A stretch of 10,997 nucleotides of DNA from Candidatus Rokuibacteriota bacterium (GTDB lineage: Bacteria; Methylomirabilota; Methylomirabilia; Rokubacteriales; DASRDR01). Below, one piece after another: positions 1 through 8,753 of the stretch. The notes below the pieces were generated by a model that saw only the letters and a program-made list of their open reading frames with translations, was not told the origin of the DNA and searched no databases. The position numbers and the translations under genes are program-made. The stretch's first letter is position 1; each line of letters begins with the position of its first letter. The stretch spans positions 1 through 10,997 of the forward strand of contig JBIOTN010000228.1 of NCBI GenBank assembly GCA_044866005.1, read 5' to 3'.

Positions 1-1128
1 GCCTTCGGCCCCAAGGAATATTCGCGGACGACGGGCCCGCCGAACGCATTCACCGAGAGCTTCCAGGCCTGTCGTCCCGAGCGGGCGTTCCGGCTGAGGC
101 TGGAAAATGGCCCCGGTGGCCAGACCCGGGTCAGCAGCGGCTCCGTGAGTGTGAACGGGACGACCGTCGTCACCGAGAACGACTTCAGTCAGCAAGTGGC
201 TCTCATCGAGCGGCCGGTCGCCTTGGCAGCCCAGAACACCATGACAGTCACGCTCGCCGGCATCCCGCTCGGCACCATCGCCCTCGCCATCGTCAGCGAC
301 ACGGGCTGCCTGGAAGTCGCCTTGACGAGCCCGGCTCCAGGCGCTTCGGTGGCGGCAGGCCTCATACTGGCGCGGGGAACGGTTCGGGGTGGTCCGGATG
401 TCGGCGTCACGATCAACGGCTTTCCGGCGGCGGTGCACGAAGAGGCCTTCGTCGCGTTGATTCCGCTCCGTCCCGAGGACACCGGGCTGGTCGCGGTGGC
501 TACGGCCGGGGACGGCGCGACGGCAGAGGCTCGGCTGCCGCTCACCGTCCTCTCGGGCCCCGAGCCCGACCTGCTGCTCAGCCCGCGCCCGTCGAGCGGG
601 ATCGCCTCGCTGTCGGTCGACTTCAGTGTCGCGACTCTCGCGCCGGTCACCGAGATGGCCCTGGACTTCGACGGCGACGGGGCGGTGGACTTCCGGGGCC
701 CGACGCTCGACGGTCAGAGCTTCGTGTACTCGGTGCCGGGTTTGTATCTGCCGACGGTGACACTCACCGATCCCCAGGGACACACTCGCACGGCGACCAC
801 GGTCCTCCAGGTGTACGACCGTGCTGTGTTCGACTCCCTGGTCCAGGCCCGATGGCGATCGATGAAGGACGCCCTGCGGCGTGGCGACATGGACGGGGCG
901 CTGAGCGCGATCGCCGCGCCCGTGCGCGAACGGTACCGCGAGATGTTCGCCGGACTTATGGTTTCGTTCGGCCAGATCGATCTCGTTCTGACCGACGTCA
1001 GCTTCGTCCGGCTGGACGGCAACCAGGCCGAATACCAGATGCTCCGCATCGACGGGGGCACGACTCTCTCCTACCTCGTGCTCTTCGTGAAGGACGTCGA
1101 CGGCATCTGGCGCCTGAAGTTTTTCTAG
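1..1128 (+). CDS. 5'-truncated multi-domain extracellular protein: beta-rich/Ig-like domains, PKD-like domain and C-terminal NTF2/SnoaL-like domain
   Basis: Frame 1 is open from base 1 ([21 protein letters not shown]...), so the GTG at 145 is internal and the true start lies upstream of the window. Ig-like segment [14 protein letters not shown]...ARGTV...VTING (~313-555). PKD-like segment GIASLSVDF...DFDGDGAVD...[15 protein letters not shown] (~571-813). C-terminal alpha+beta domain [19 protein letters not shown]...AEY...[14 protein letters not shown] is typical of the NTF2-like fold. Stop TAG 1126-1128. Confidence 0.8.
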   Translation, partial: AFGPKEYSRTTGPPNAFTESFQACRPERAFRLRLENGPGGQTRVSSGSVSVNGTTVVTENDFSQQVALIERPVALAAQNTMTVTLAGIPLGTIALAIVSDTGCLEVALTSPAPGASVAAGLILARGTVRGGPDVGVTINGFPAAVHEEAFVALIPLRPEDTGLVAVATAGDGATAEARLPLTVLSGPEPDLLLSPRPSSGIASLSVDFSVATLAPVTEMALDFDGDGAVDFRGPTLDGQSFVYSVPGLYLPTVTLTDPQGHTRTATTVLQVYDRAVFDSLVQARWRSMKDALRRGDMDGALSAIAAPVRERYREMFAGLMVSFGQIDLVLTDVSFVRLDGNQAEYQMLRIDGGTTLSYLVLFVKDVDGIWRLKFF

Positions 1129-1142
1129 CCCAGGGGGAAGAA

Positions 1143-1712
1143 ATGGCCGATTTCCGCCGTCTCTTCGTCGTTGGCTCCGTGGTGCTGCTCGGCACGGGGT
1201 GCTTCGGCCACCTGGTTTACGCGAGCGGCCCGTACCGGGGCAAGGTCGTGGACGCTGAAACGGGCCAGCCCCTTGTGGGGGCCGTGGTGCTGGCGATCTG
1301 GTATCGCGAGGTGCCCACCGCCCCGCATGGACCAGCGGTGGACTATCACGACGCAGTGGAGGTGCTGACCGACGCGCAGGGCGAGTTTCTCATACCAGCG
1401 AAGACACATGTCACCCCGATCGGCAAGATTCGAGAGCCTGAATTCGTCACGTACTACCCGGGTTACGCCCCGTATCCCTCCCTTAAGTCGCGACCACAGG
1501 GCCTTTCGGTTAGCGCCGCTTACGAGCGACGGTACTTTTTGATTGAGCTCAAGAAGCTGCGAGCGCAGAAGGAGAGGATAAGGGAAGCAGACATGCCGCT
1601 CGGCACGGGTAAGGTCCCTGCCACGAAGATGCCAAACCTGATTCGGCTGGTGAACGAGGAGAGAAAGCAACTCAAGCTGCAGCCTATCACTGGTGGGAGG
1701 GGCGTCAAATGA
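1143..1712 (+). CDS. Exported protein, probable lipoprotein, with carboxypeptidase-regulatory-like (transthyretin-like) domain, 189 aa
   Basis: ATG 1143 follows a purine-rich RBS (AGGGGGAAG, 1132-1140), 14 nt after the upstream stop. N-terminus MADFRRLFVVGSVVLLGTGC has a basic and hydrophobic signal ending in an imperfect lipobox (Cys20). It is followed by the signature GPYRGKVVDAETGQPLVGAVVLAIW...TDAQGEFLIP...YYPGY. The ORF-track start at 852 overlaps the upstream gene and is rejected. Confidence 0.8.
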   Translation: MADFRRLFVVGSVVLLGTGCFGHLVYASGPYRGKVVDAETGQPLVGAVVLAIWYREVPTAPHGPAVDYHDAVEVLTDAQGEFLIPAKTHVTPIGKIREPEFVTYYPGYAPYPSLKSRPQGLSVSAAYERRYFLIELKKLRAQKERIREADMPLGTGKVPATKMPNLIRLVNEERKQLKLQPITGGRGVK

Positions 1713-3700
1713 GGCGGGGACGAGTGAGGATGTCATCTGTAGCCCTTGCGTGCTCGCTTACTCTGCTCGCGATCTCCCCCGTGTCGGCGTTCAATACTGA
1801 CACACACGAACAAGTGAATCGTGCCGCTGCAGAAACTTCGGGAGTCGCTGACTACCTCAAGAGTCTAGGCTTCAGTGGCGGGCTAGCTCATGCTTTCGAT
1901 GGAGCAACAGCGCGCCGGTGGATGGAACTTGGCGGCATTCGTGAAGACGAATTCATCGGAAGCGAGCTGCTTGGCGCCGCCTTCCGATCGATTCATCACT
2001 TCCACCACCCTTTGCTCCCGTGGAACCGAGCGGGCTTGGACGCGCTGAGCATCTGCCCGCCCTTCCTCCTGCAGGGCGAGGCGTCGGTGCGATGGGCGCA
2101 GGATGCAAATCAGGGGATCAGCGGTCGCGCCGCCTGGGGAGACGCGCGGACGACTCTCTATCACGGGTTGACGCTCCCGGCGAAAGCGGAGCGAGACGGG
2201 GCACTGGCGCGGACGTTTCAGATCCTGGGCCAGCAGATGCATTTGATCGCGGACCTCGCCGTGCCGGCCCATACCCGGAATGACCCTCATTGTCCTTTCC
2301 CGGAAGGGCTCGAAGCGTGGGCATCCGACCGAGACAACCAGTCATTGATCGCGGGTCTGCTCGCAAGTGACCCCGTTAGACCGGATACGGCCATCTTCAA
2401 CATCGGAGTCCCGATCCAGGACGCTGTGGCGACGGTGCCGGTAGCTCGTCTCTGGGACACAGACCAGTATGACGGGACCAACCCAGGCGCCACCGGCAGC
2501 CTCACGATCGGGCTTGCGGAATACACGAACGCGAACTTCTTCAGTGACGACACGATTCTCAGTTCGGAGATCCCCTTCCCAGCCGTGACGAGTGTCGCCC
2601 TCCGCTCCTCGGCGGAGGAGGCGCCGGGCACAGGAGGACAGCTTCGTCGCTACTTTCAGAAAGTCGGTGATGGCGAACTGGTCGAGCACGTGGCGGTGCC
2701 TGGGGCGCTCTACGACTTCCTGCCAGACGCCCTCAAGGACAAGAACATCGGCCTGGATGCCAAGGTCTTTGCCGACTACGCGGAGAAACTCCTGCCGCGA
2801 GCGGTCGGGTACTCGGCGGCGCTGCTCGATTACTTCTTCCGCGGGCGCCTCGAGGTCCAGGTGGAGCCGGTCTTCGACGCCGGGACATTTCGCCCCGCTC
2901 TTCGCATCGTGAACCGGACGCCCGGCGAGACCATGACCGGCCGGTTCGAGCTCTTCTACGACGCCCTCGATGGCACCCGCCGGACGCTCGCGGTCTGGAG
3001 CGATCTCACCTTGCCCCCCGACGCGCCGAGTGACCTCCTTCTCCTCCCGACCGTCGGGTCCGCATCCGGTCCCGCCGACCTGCTGGAATACGTTCTCGTC
3101 TTTCGCGGGCAGCTCGGGGACGAGCCCGACGCGGTGGCCGGCGCGCCGCTTCGGCTCTCGTTCTTCGTGCTGTTCCAGGCCGGCGAGGCCGACGGAGTAC
3201 CGGTGGCAGACGGCTCGCTCGCCATCCCGTTCTCTGTCTCCTCGCTGTCGCAGACCGGACTCTCGGCGTCTCACGGCCGTCACGTGAACTTCACGTCGCC
3301 CGGCTCCGCCGAGGGGCAGAGCATGATCGCCCTGTACCGCAACCTCGAGATGGTGCCGGGCAACGTCGCGGTCGTCACCGCGGACCCGGACTCCCGCTGT
3401 GTCGTGGGCATCATCCAACGATCTCCGCCAGGAAGCTCCTCCGCGGAGTCCGGGGCCACCGCCGATCTGGTCGCGTTCGCCGAGCCGAGCTCTGTCGAAG
3501 AGTTGAGCCAGTACAAATGGCCGGGGCCGCCGGCGACGGTCCTGGCGTCGTTGACCGACAGCTCGGGCGCGGTCCGCGTCACGCTCGGAGACGTTCGCTT
3601 CATCGGCCTGAAGCTGACCTCCCCGCTGCTGCCGGGTGGGGGCGACGGCTACGAGTCCTTCTGCGACTTCGGTGTGACGATCGACTTTCTGAGCGAGTGA
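1709..3700 (+). CDS. Secreted protein with N-terminal Zn-dependent phospholipase C / S1-P1 nuclease-like domain plus C-terminal beta-rich domains, 663 aa
   Basis: ATGA start/stop overlap with the upstream gene and an RBS GGGAGGGG about 7 nt upstream. Sec signal peptide ends PVSA|F. The mature N-terminus FNTDTH, then EDE, HHFHH, HLIAD, VPAH, NDPH and GLE, follows the order of tri-zinc ligands of Bacillus cereus PC-PLC (W1, H14, D55, H69, H118, D122, H128, H142, E146). Confidence 0.75.
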   Translation: MRRGRVRMSSVALACSLTLLAISPVSAFNTDTHEQVNRAAAETSGVADYLKSLGFSGGLAHAFDGATARRWMELGGIREDEFIGSELLGAAFRSIHHFHHPLLPWNRAGLDALSICPPFLLQGEASVRWAQDANQGISGRAAWGDARTTLYHGLTLPAKAERDGALARTFQILGQQMHLIADLAVPAHTRNDPHCPFPEGLEAWASDRDNQSLIAGLLASDPVRPDTAIFNIGVPIQDAVATVPVARLWDTDQYDGTNPGATGSLTIGLAEYTNANFFSDDTILSSEIPFPAVTSVALRSSAEEAPGTGGQLRRYFQKVGDGELVEHVAVPGALYDFLPDALKDKNIGLDAKVFADYAEKLLPRAVGYSAALLDYFFRGRLEVQVEPVFDAGTFRPALRIVNRTPGETMTGRFELFYDALDGTRRTLAVWSDLTLPPDAPSDLLLLPTVGSASGPADLLEYVLVFRGQLGDEPDAVAGAPLRLSFFVLFQAGEADGVPVADGSLAIPFSVSSLSQTGLSASHGRHVNFTSPGSAEGQSMIALYRNLEMVPGNVAVVTADPDSRCVVGIIQRSPPGSSSAESGATADLVAFAEPSSVEELSQYKWPGPPATVLASLTDSSGAVRVTLGDVRFIGLKLTSPLLPGGGDGYESFCDFGVTIDFLSE

Positions 3701-3897
3701 TACGGGGCCGAAGACGCCGGTCAACACCGGGGTCACGTCACAGCGAAGCGGACGGTGATCGAGCTCGAGAGGCCCTGGCCGATCACGCCGCGGCTCGCGC
3801 ACGTGCGGCTGGTCGCCATTGACCCCACCCGCCCGAGCCTCTACGCTGTGGGGGATCGCGCATGGCGGGCCGATCCCACACCCGCCGGAGGCAGCGC

Positions 3898-5187
3898 ATG
3901 AAAGGCGTGACGCTCCCCACCGAGACCGTGTTCGTCCTGGAGATGTCGCCGATCAAGTTCGGCCTCGGCGCGACCGAGGAGATCGGCTTCGATGCTCGCC
4001 GGCTCGGCCTGCGCAAGGCGCTGATCGTCACCGACCGCCACCTCGGCGAGCTCGGGCTGCCGGGGCGCGTCGCGGGCCTCCTCGGCGAGCAGGGGATCAA
4101 GGCGGAGGTCTACGACGGCGTCGAGATCGAGCCGACCGACCGCTCCATCGAGGAGGCCGCGGACTTCGCGCGCGCGACGGAGTTCGACGGCCTCGTCGGC
4201 GTGGGCGGCGGCAGCGCGCTCGACACGGCCAAGGCGGTGAACCTCCTCAGCTGCCACCCGGCCCCGCTCCTCGACTACGTCAACGCGCCGGTCGGGCAGG
4301 GGCGTCCCGTGCCCGGGCCGCTCCGGCCCCTCATCGCCGTGCCGACGACGGCCGGCACGGGGAGCGAGACCACCGCGGTCGCCGTCGTCCACGTGCTCGC
4401 GCAGCACGTCAAGGCGGGCATCTCCCACCGCCTGCTCCGGCCCGCCCTCGGCGTGGTGGACCCGCTCAACACCCTCACGGCCCCGCCGGAGGTGACCGCG
4501 GCGGCCGGCGCCGACGTCCTCACCCACGCCATCGAGTCCTACACGACGCGGCCCTACGACGCGCGGCCGAAGCACCACCCGCCCGATCGGCCCGCCTACG
4601 TCGGCGCGAATCCCGCCAGCGACGTCTGGTGCGAGAAGGCGATCGAGTACGTCGCGCGCTACCTCCGCCGCGCGGTGCTGAACGGGCTCGACGTGGAGGC
4701 GCGAGTGCACCTCGCGCTGGCCGCGACCTACGCGGGGATCGGCTTCGGCAACGCCGGCGTCCACGTCCCGCACGCCCTCGGCTACCCGATCGCCGGCCTG
4801 GTCCGGGAGTACGTCCCTTCCGGCTACCCGGGCCGTCACCCCCTGGTCCCGCACGGGATGTCCGTGATCCTGCCGGCGCCCGCCGTCTTCCGGTTCACCT
4901 ATCCGGCCTCGCCCGAGCGGCACCTCCGCGCCGCCGAGCTCCTGGGAGCCCCCGTCGGCGGGCTCGACGCGGCCGCGCGCCGCGAGGCGCTCCCGCAGGC
5001 GCTCATCGCGCTCATGCGCGACGTCGGCCTCCCCAGCGGGCTGGCCGCGCTCGGCTACGCCGAGCGAGACGTCCCGGCGCTCGTGGAGGGAACGCTCAAG
5101 CAGCCGCGCCTCCTCTCGGGCTCGCCGCGGCCGGTGGGCGCGGGCGAGCTGGAGTCGGTGCTCCGCGACGCGATGCGGTACTGGTAG
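3898..5187 (+). CDS. Hydroxyacid-oxoacid transhydrogenase (iron-containing alcohol dehydrogenase family, HOT/ADHFE1-like), 429 aa
   Basis: GGAGG RBS 3887-3891 precedes ATG 3898. Motifs: IEPTDRS, VGVGGGSALDTAKAVNL (NAD binding), LDYVNAPVGQG, PLIAVPTTAGTGSETT, DVLTHAIESYT, RPAYVGANP, GFGNAGVHVPHALGYPIAG and LVPHGMSV. These are characteristic of the HOT subfamily. Confidence 0.92.
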   Translation: MKGVTLPTETVFVLEMSPIKFGLGATEEIGFDARRLGLRKALIVTDRHLGELGLPGRVAGLLGEQGIKAEVYDGVEIEPTDRSIEEAADFARATEFDGLVGVGGGSALDTAKAVNLLSCHPAPLLDYVNAPVGQGRPVPGPLRPLIAVPTTAGTGSETTAVAVVHVLAQHVKAGISHRLLRPALGVVDPLNTLTAPPEVTAAAGADVLTHAIESYTTRPYDARPKHHPPDRPAYVGANPASDVWCEKAIEYVARYLRRAVLNGLDVEARVHLALAATYAGIGFGNAGVHVPHALGYPIAGLVREYVPSGYPGRHPLVPHGMSVILPAPAVFRFTYPASPERHLRAAELLGAPVGGLDAAARREALPQALIALMRDVGLPSGLAALGYAERDVPALVEGTLKQPRLLSGSPRPVGAGELESVLRDAMRYW

Positions 5188-5193
5188 GGCCCG

Positions 5194-6870
<1,677 letters not shown>

Positions 6871-6895
6871 GCCGGCCTCGGCCTGGAGGGACCAC

Positions 6896-7846
6896 ATGGC
6901 GGGAGCGCCACCGAGCGAGAGCGAGGTCATCGGCTATCTCAAGACGCTGTCCAACTGGGGGCGCTGGGGCGAGGCAGACGAGCTCGGCACGCTGAACCTC
7001 GTCACGCCCGCCAAGCGGGTGGCCGCCGCCCGCCTGGTGCGGGACGGGGTCCCGGTCACGTGCGCGCGCCCGATCGTGACCGACATCAGCGCGGACACGA
7101 CCTTCCAGGTCATGCGCTTCATGGTGGACAGCGGGGAGGGGCGCGACACCGCCTCGCCCGAGCGCCTGCTGCAGCGTCGCGGCGCGAGCGAGTTCGTCGG
7201 CATGGTGTTCCACGGCTACACGGTGACCCACGTGGACACGCCGGCCCACTTCTTCTGGGAGGGGAAGATCTACAACGGCCGCTCGTGCAACCTGATCACC
7301 TCACGCGAGGGCGCCCAGGTGGAGTCGGTCGAGCTCCTGCACGACGGCGTGACGAGCCGCGGGCTGCTCCTGGACGTCGCGCGCACGCGCGGCGTGCCCT
7401 GGCTCCCGCGCGGCGAAGGCGTCGTGCCGGCGGACCTCGAGGCGGCCGAGCGGGCGGAGGGCGTCCGGGTGGACGCCGGGGACATCCTCCTCGTCCGGAC
7501 CGGGCACTACGGGCGCCGGCTCGCGGAAGGCCCGGCCCACCCGCTTCAGGCCGGCTCGCCGGGGCCCCACGCGTCGCTCGCGCCGTGGCTCCGGGAGCGC
7601 GGTGTGGCGATGTGGGGCAGCGACACGCACAACGACGTGACGCCGACCCCGTACCCGTCGATGGGCCATCCCTTCCACATCGTCGCCCTGGTCGGGCTCG
7701 GCCTCTGGCTCATCGACAACATGAACCTCGAGGACCTCGCCCGCGCGTGCGCCGAGCGGGGCCGCTGGGAGTTCCTGCTGACGATCGCGCCGCTCCGCCT
7801 CAAGGGCGTCACCGGCTCGCCGGTCAATCCGATCGCCCTGTTCTGA
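6896..7846 (+). CDS. Cyclase family (kynurenine formamidase-like) metal-dependent hydrolase, 316 aa
   Basis: RBS GGAGGG 6885-6890 precedes ATG 6896. Motifs: SNWGRWG..DELGTLN, HGYTVTHVDTPAH (HxxxxTHxDxxxH), RGLLLDV, GDILLVRTG, GSD, DNMNLEDLA and APLRLKGVTGSPVNPIALF. Confidence 0.92.
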   Translation: MAGAPPSESEVIGYLKTLSNWGRWGEADELGTLNLVTPAKRVAAARLVRDGVPVTCARPIVTDISADTTFQVMRFMVDSGEGRDTASPERLLQRRGASEFVGMVFHGYTVTHVDTPAHFFWEGKIYNGRSCNLITSREGAQVESVELLHDGVTSRGLLLDVARTRGVPWLPRGEGVVPADLEAAERAEGVRVDAGDILLVRTGHYGRRLAEGPAHPLQAGSPGPHASLAPWLRERGVAMWGSDTHNDVTPTPYPSMGHPFHIVALVGLGLWLIDNMNLEDLARACAERGRWEFLLTIAPLRLKGVTGSPVNPIALF

Positions 7847-7850
7847 CTCG

Positions 7851-8005
7851 GCCGCCGCGGGTCCTGTCGCCGGCTTGCCCCGGTCCGGCCGGGCTCCGTC
7901 ACCCGTTCGCACCCTCCCGCAGGTCTGCGCCCTGCGGGAGGAGCGCGAAGGGGTCCCACTTCGCCCGGCCGGCTGCGGGGCGCCGCCGGCGCCACCCGCG
8001 GCGGC
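7851..8005. ncRNA. Long imperfect inverted repeat / rod-shaped hairpin (candidate structured RNA or MITE/REP-like element)
   Basis: Nested complementary blocks: 7851-7862/7994-8005 (12 bp), 7868-7874/7985-7991 (7), 7877-7882/7976-7981 (6), 7885-7894/7963-7972 (10), 7901-7904/7951-7954 (4), 7906-7910/7945-7949 (5) and 7913-7923/7931-7941 (11), with a 7-nt loop at 7924-7930. The symmetry is certain; the identity as an RNA gene is not. Confidence 0.45.
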
Positions 8006-8114
8006 AGGACAGCCCGAACAACCTCCGGGGGACGGCCGCAAGGCCGCAGGCCGAGCGCGTCCCGGCCGAGACGAAGGTCGACGGCCGAACGGCTGGACTT
8101 GGTCCAGAGGGCCG

Positions 8115-8143
8115 TCGGAGGGGGCCGTCGAGGCCCCCTCCGA
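8115..8143. repeat. Perfect 12-bp GC-rich palindromic hairpin (REP-like or terminator-like)
   Basis: TCGGAGGGGGCC-GTCGA-GGCCCCCTCCGA, 2 nt past the MOSC gene stop. No U-tract on either strand. Confidence 0.6.
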
Positions 8144-8145
8144 GA

Positions 8146-8610
8146 TCAGTCGGGGCGGACGGGGTCGCCGACGCGGATCGTGCCGCCGACGACGATGTCG
8201 GCGCGCAGCCCGGCCCGGTGGACGAGCGCCTTCAGGACGCCCGGCTTCGTCAGGCTCTCGAGGTGCTGGCACGGCTCGCAGAGGCGTGTGCCTTCGAGGA
8301 CCACGTCGCCTACGCGGAACCGGCGACCGACCAGGTGGGCGAGCGGGACGTCGCGCGTCGTGATGTTGCGGCGGCTCGCGTCCGGCGGAAGGTCGATCTG
8401 CGCCTCGCGGGCGAGGGCTTCCATCGACTCGAGCTCGATGAGCGTGACCTGCCGGCCGGAGCCCGCGCGGTCCGAGTAGGTGCCGGTCCGATGGAAATAG
8501 CGGTCGCCCGCGAGCCCCTTGCCGGCGACGGCTGCGACCTGCTCGAGCCTCACCATCGGCACGGCGGCCTCCGGCGCGATCTGGATGGAGACGACCTGGC
8601 CTTCCCACAT
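8146..8610 (-). CDS. Stand-alone MOSC domain protein (molybdenum cofactor sulfurase C-terminal-like), 154 aa
   Basis: RBS GGGAGGAA (8618-8625, minus) precedes ATG 8610. Motifs: GQVVSIQI, GKGLAGDRYF, RQVTLIE, RRNITT, LVGRRFRVG, LCEPC (conserved Cys) and GLRADIVVGGTIRVGD. Confidence 0.9.
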   Translation of the reverse strand: MWEGQVVSIQIAPEAAVPMVRLEQVAAVAGKGLAGDRYFHRTGTYSDRAGSGRQVTLIELESMEALAREAQIDLPPDASRRNITTRDVPLAHLVGRRFRVGDVVLEGTRLCEPCQHLESLTKPGVLKALVHRAGLRADIVVGGTIRVGDPVRPD

Positions 8611-8753
8611 GGCGACGTTCCTCCCTGGCGGGCCGGGGGAGCGGGGATGGACGCCTGGACGGTTCGAGCATACATCATCTCGCCCGCCACACACGAGCGC
8701 GGGGTCTCGGCAGCGCGGGGTCTCGGCGTGCCGCGGGCTCGCGCGGCGCCGGC

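Noticed and set aside
852..1142. Upstream extension of the lipoprotein ORF from ATG 852
   Set aside because: It overlaps the real upstream CDS and is Arg-rich nonsense. The RBS and signal peptide point to 1143.
3698..3734. Selenocysteine recoding of the PLC gene TGA
   Set aside because: The hairpin loop (CAAC) lacks the apical G typical of bacterial SECIS, and the context is not a redox motif. Kept only as a low-interest observation.
7851..8005. SRP RNA, tRNA or CRISPR identity for the long hairpin
   Set aside because: There is no SRP domain IV motif with a GGAA/GNRA loop on either strand, no cloverleaf, and no spaced direct repeats.
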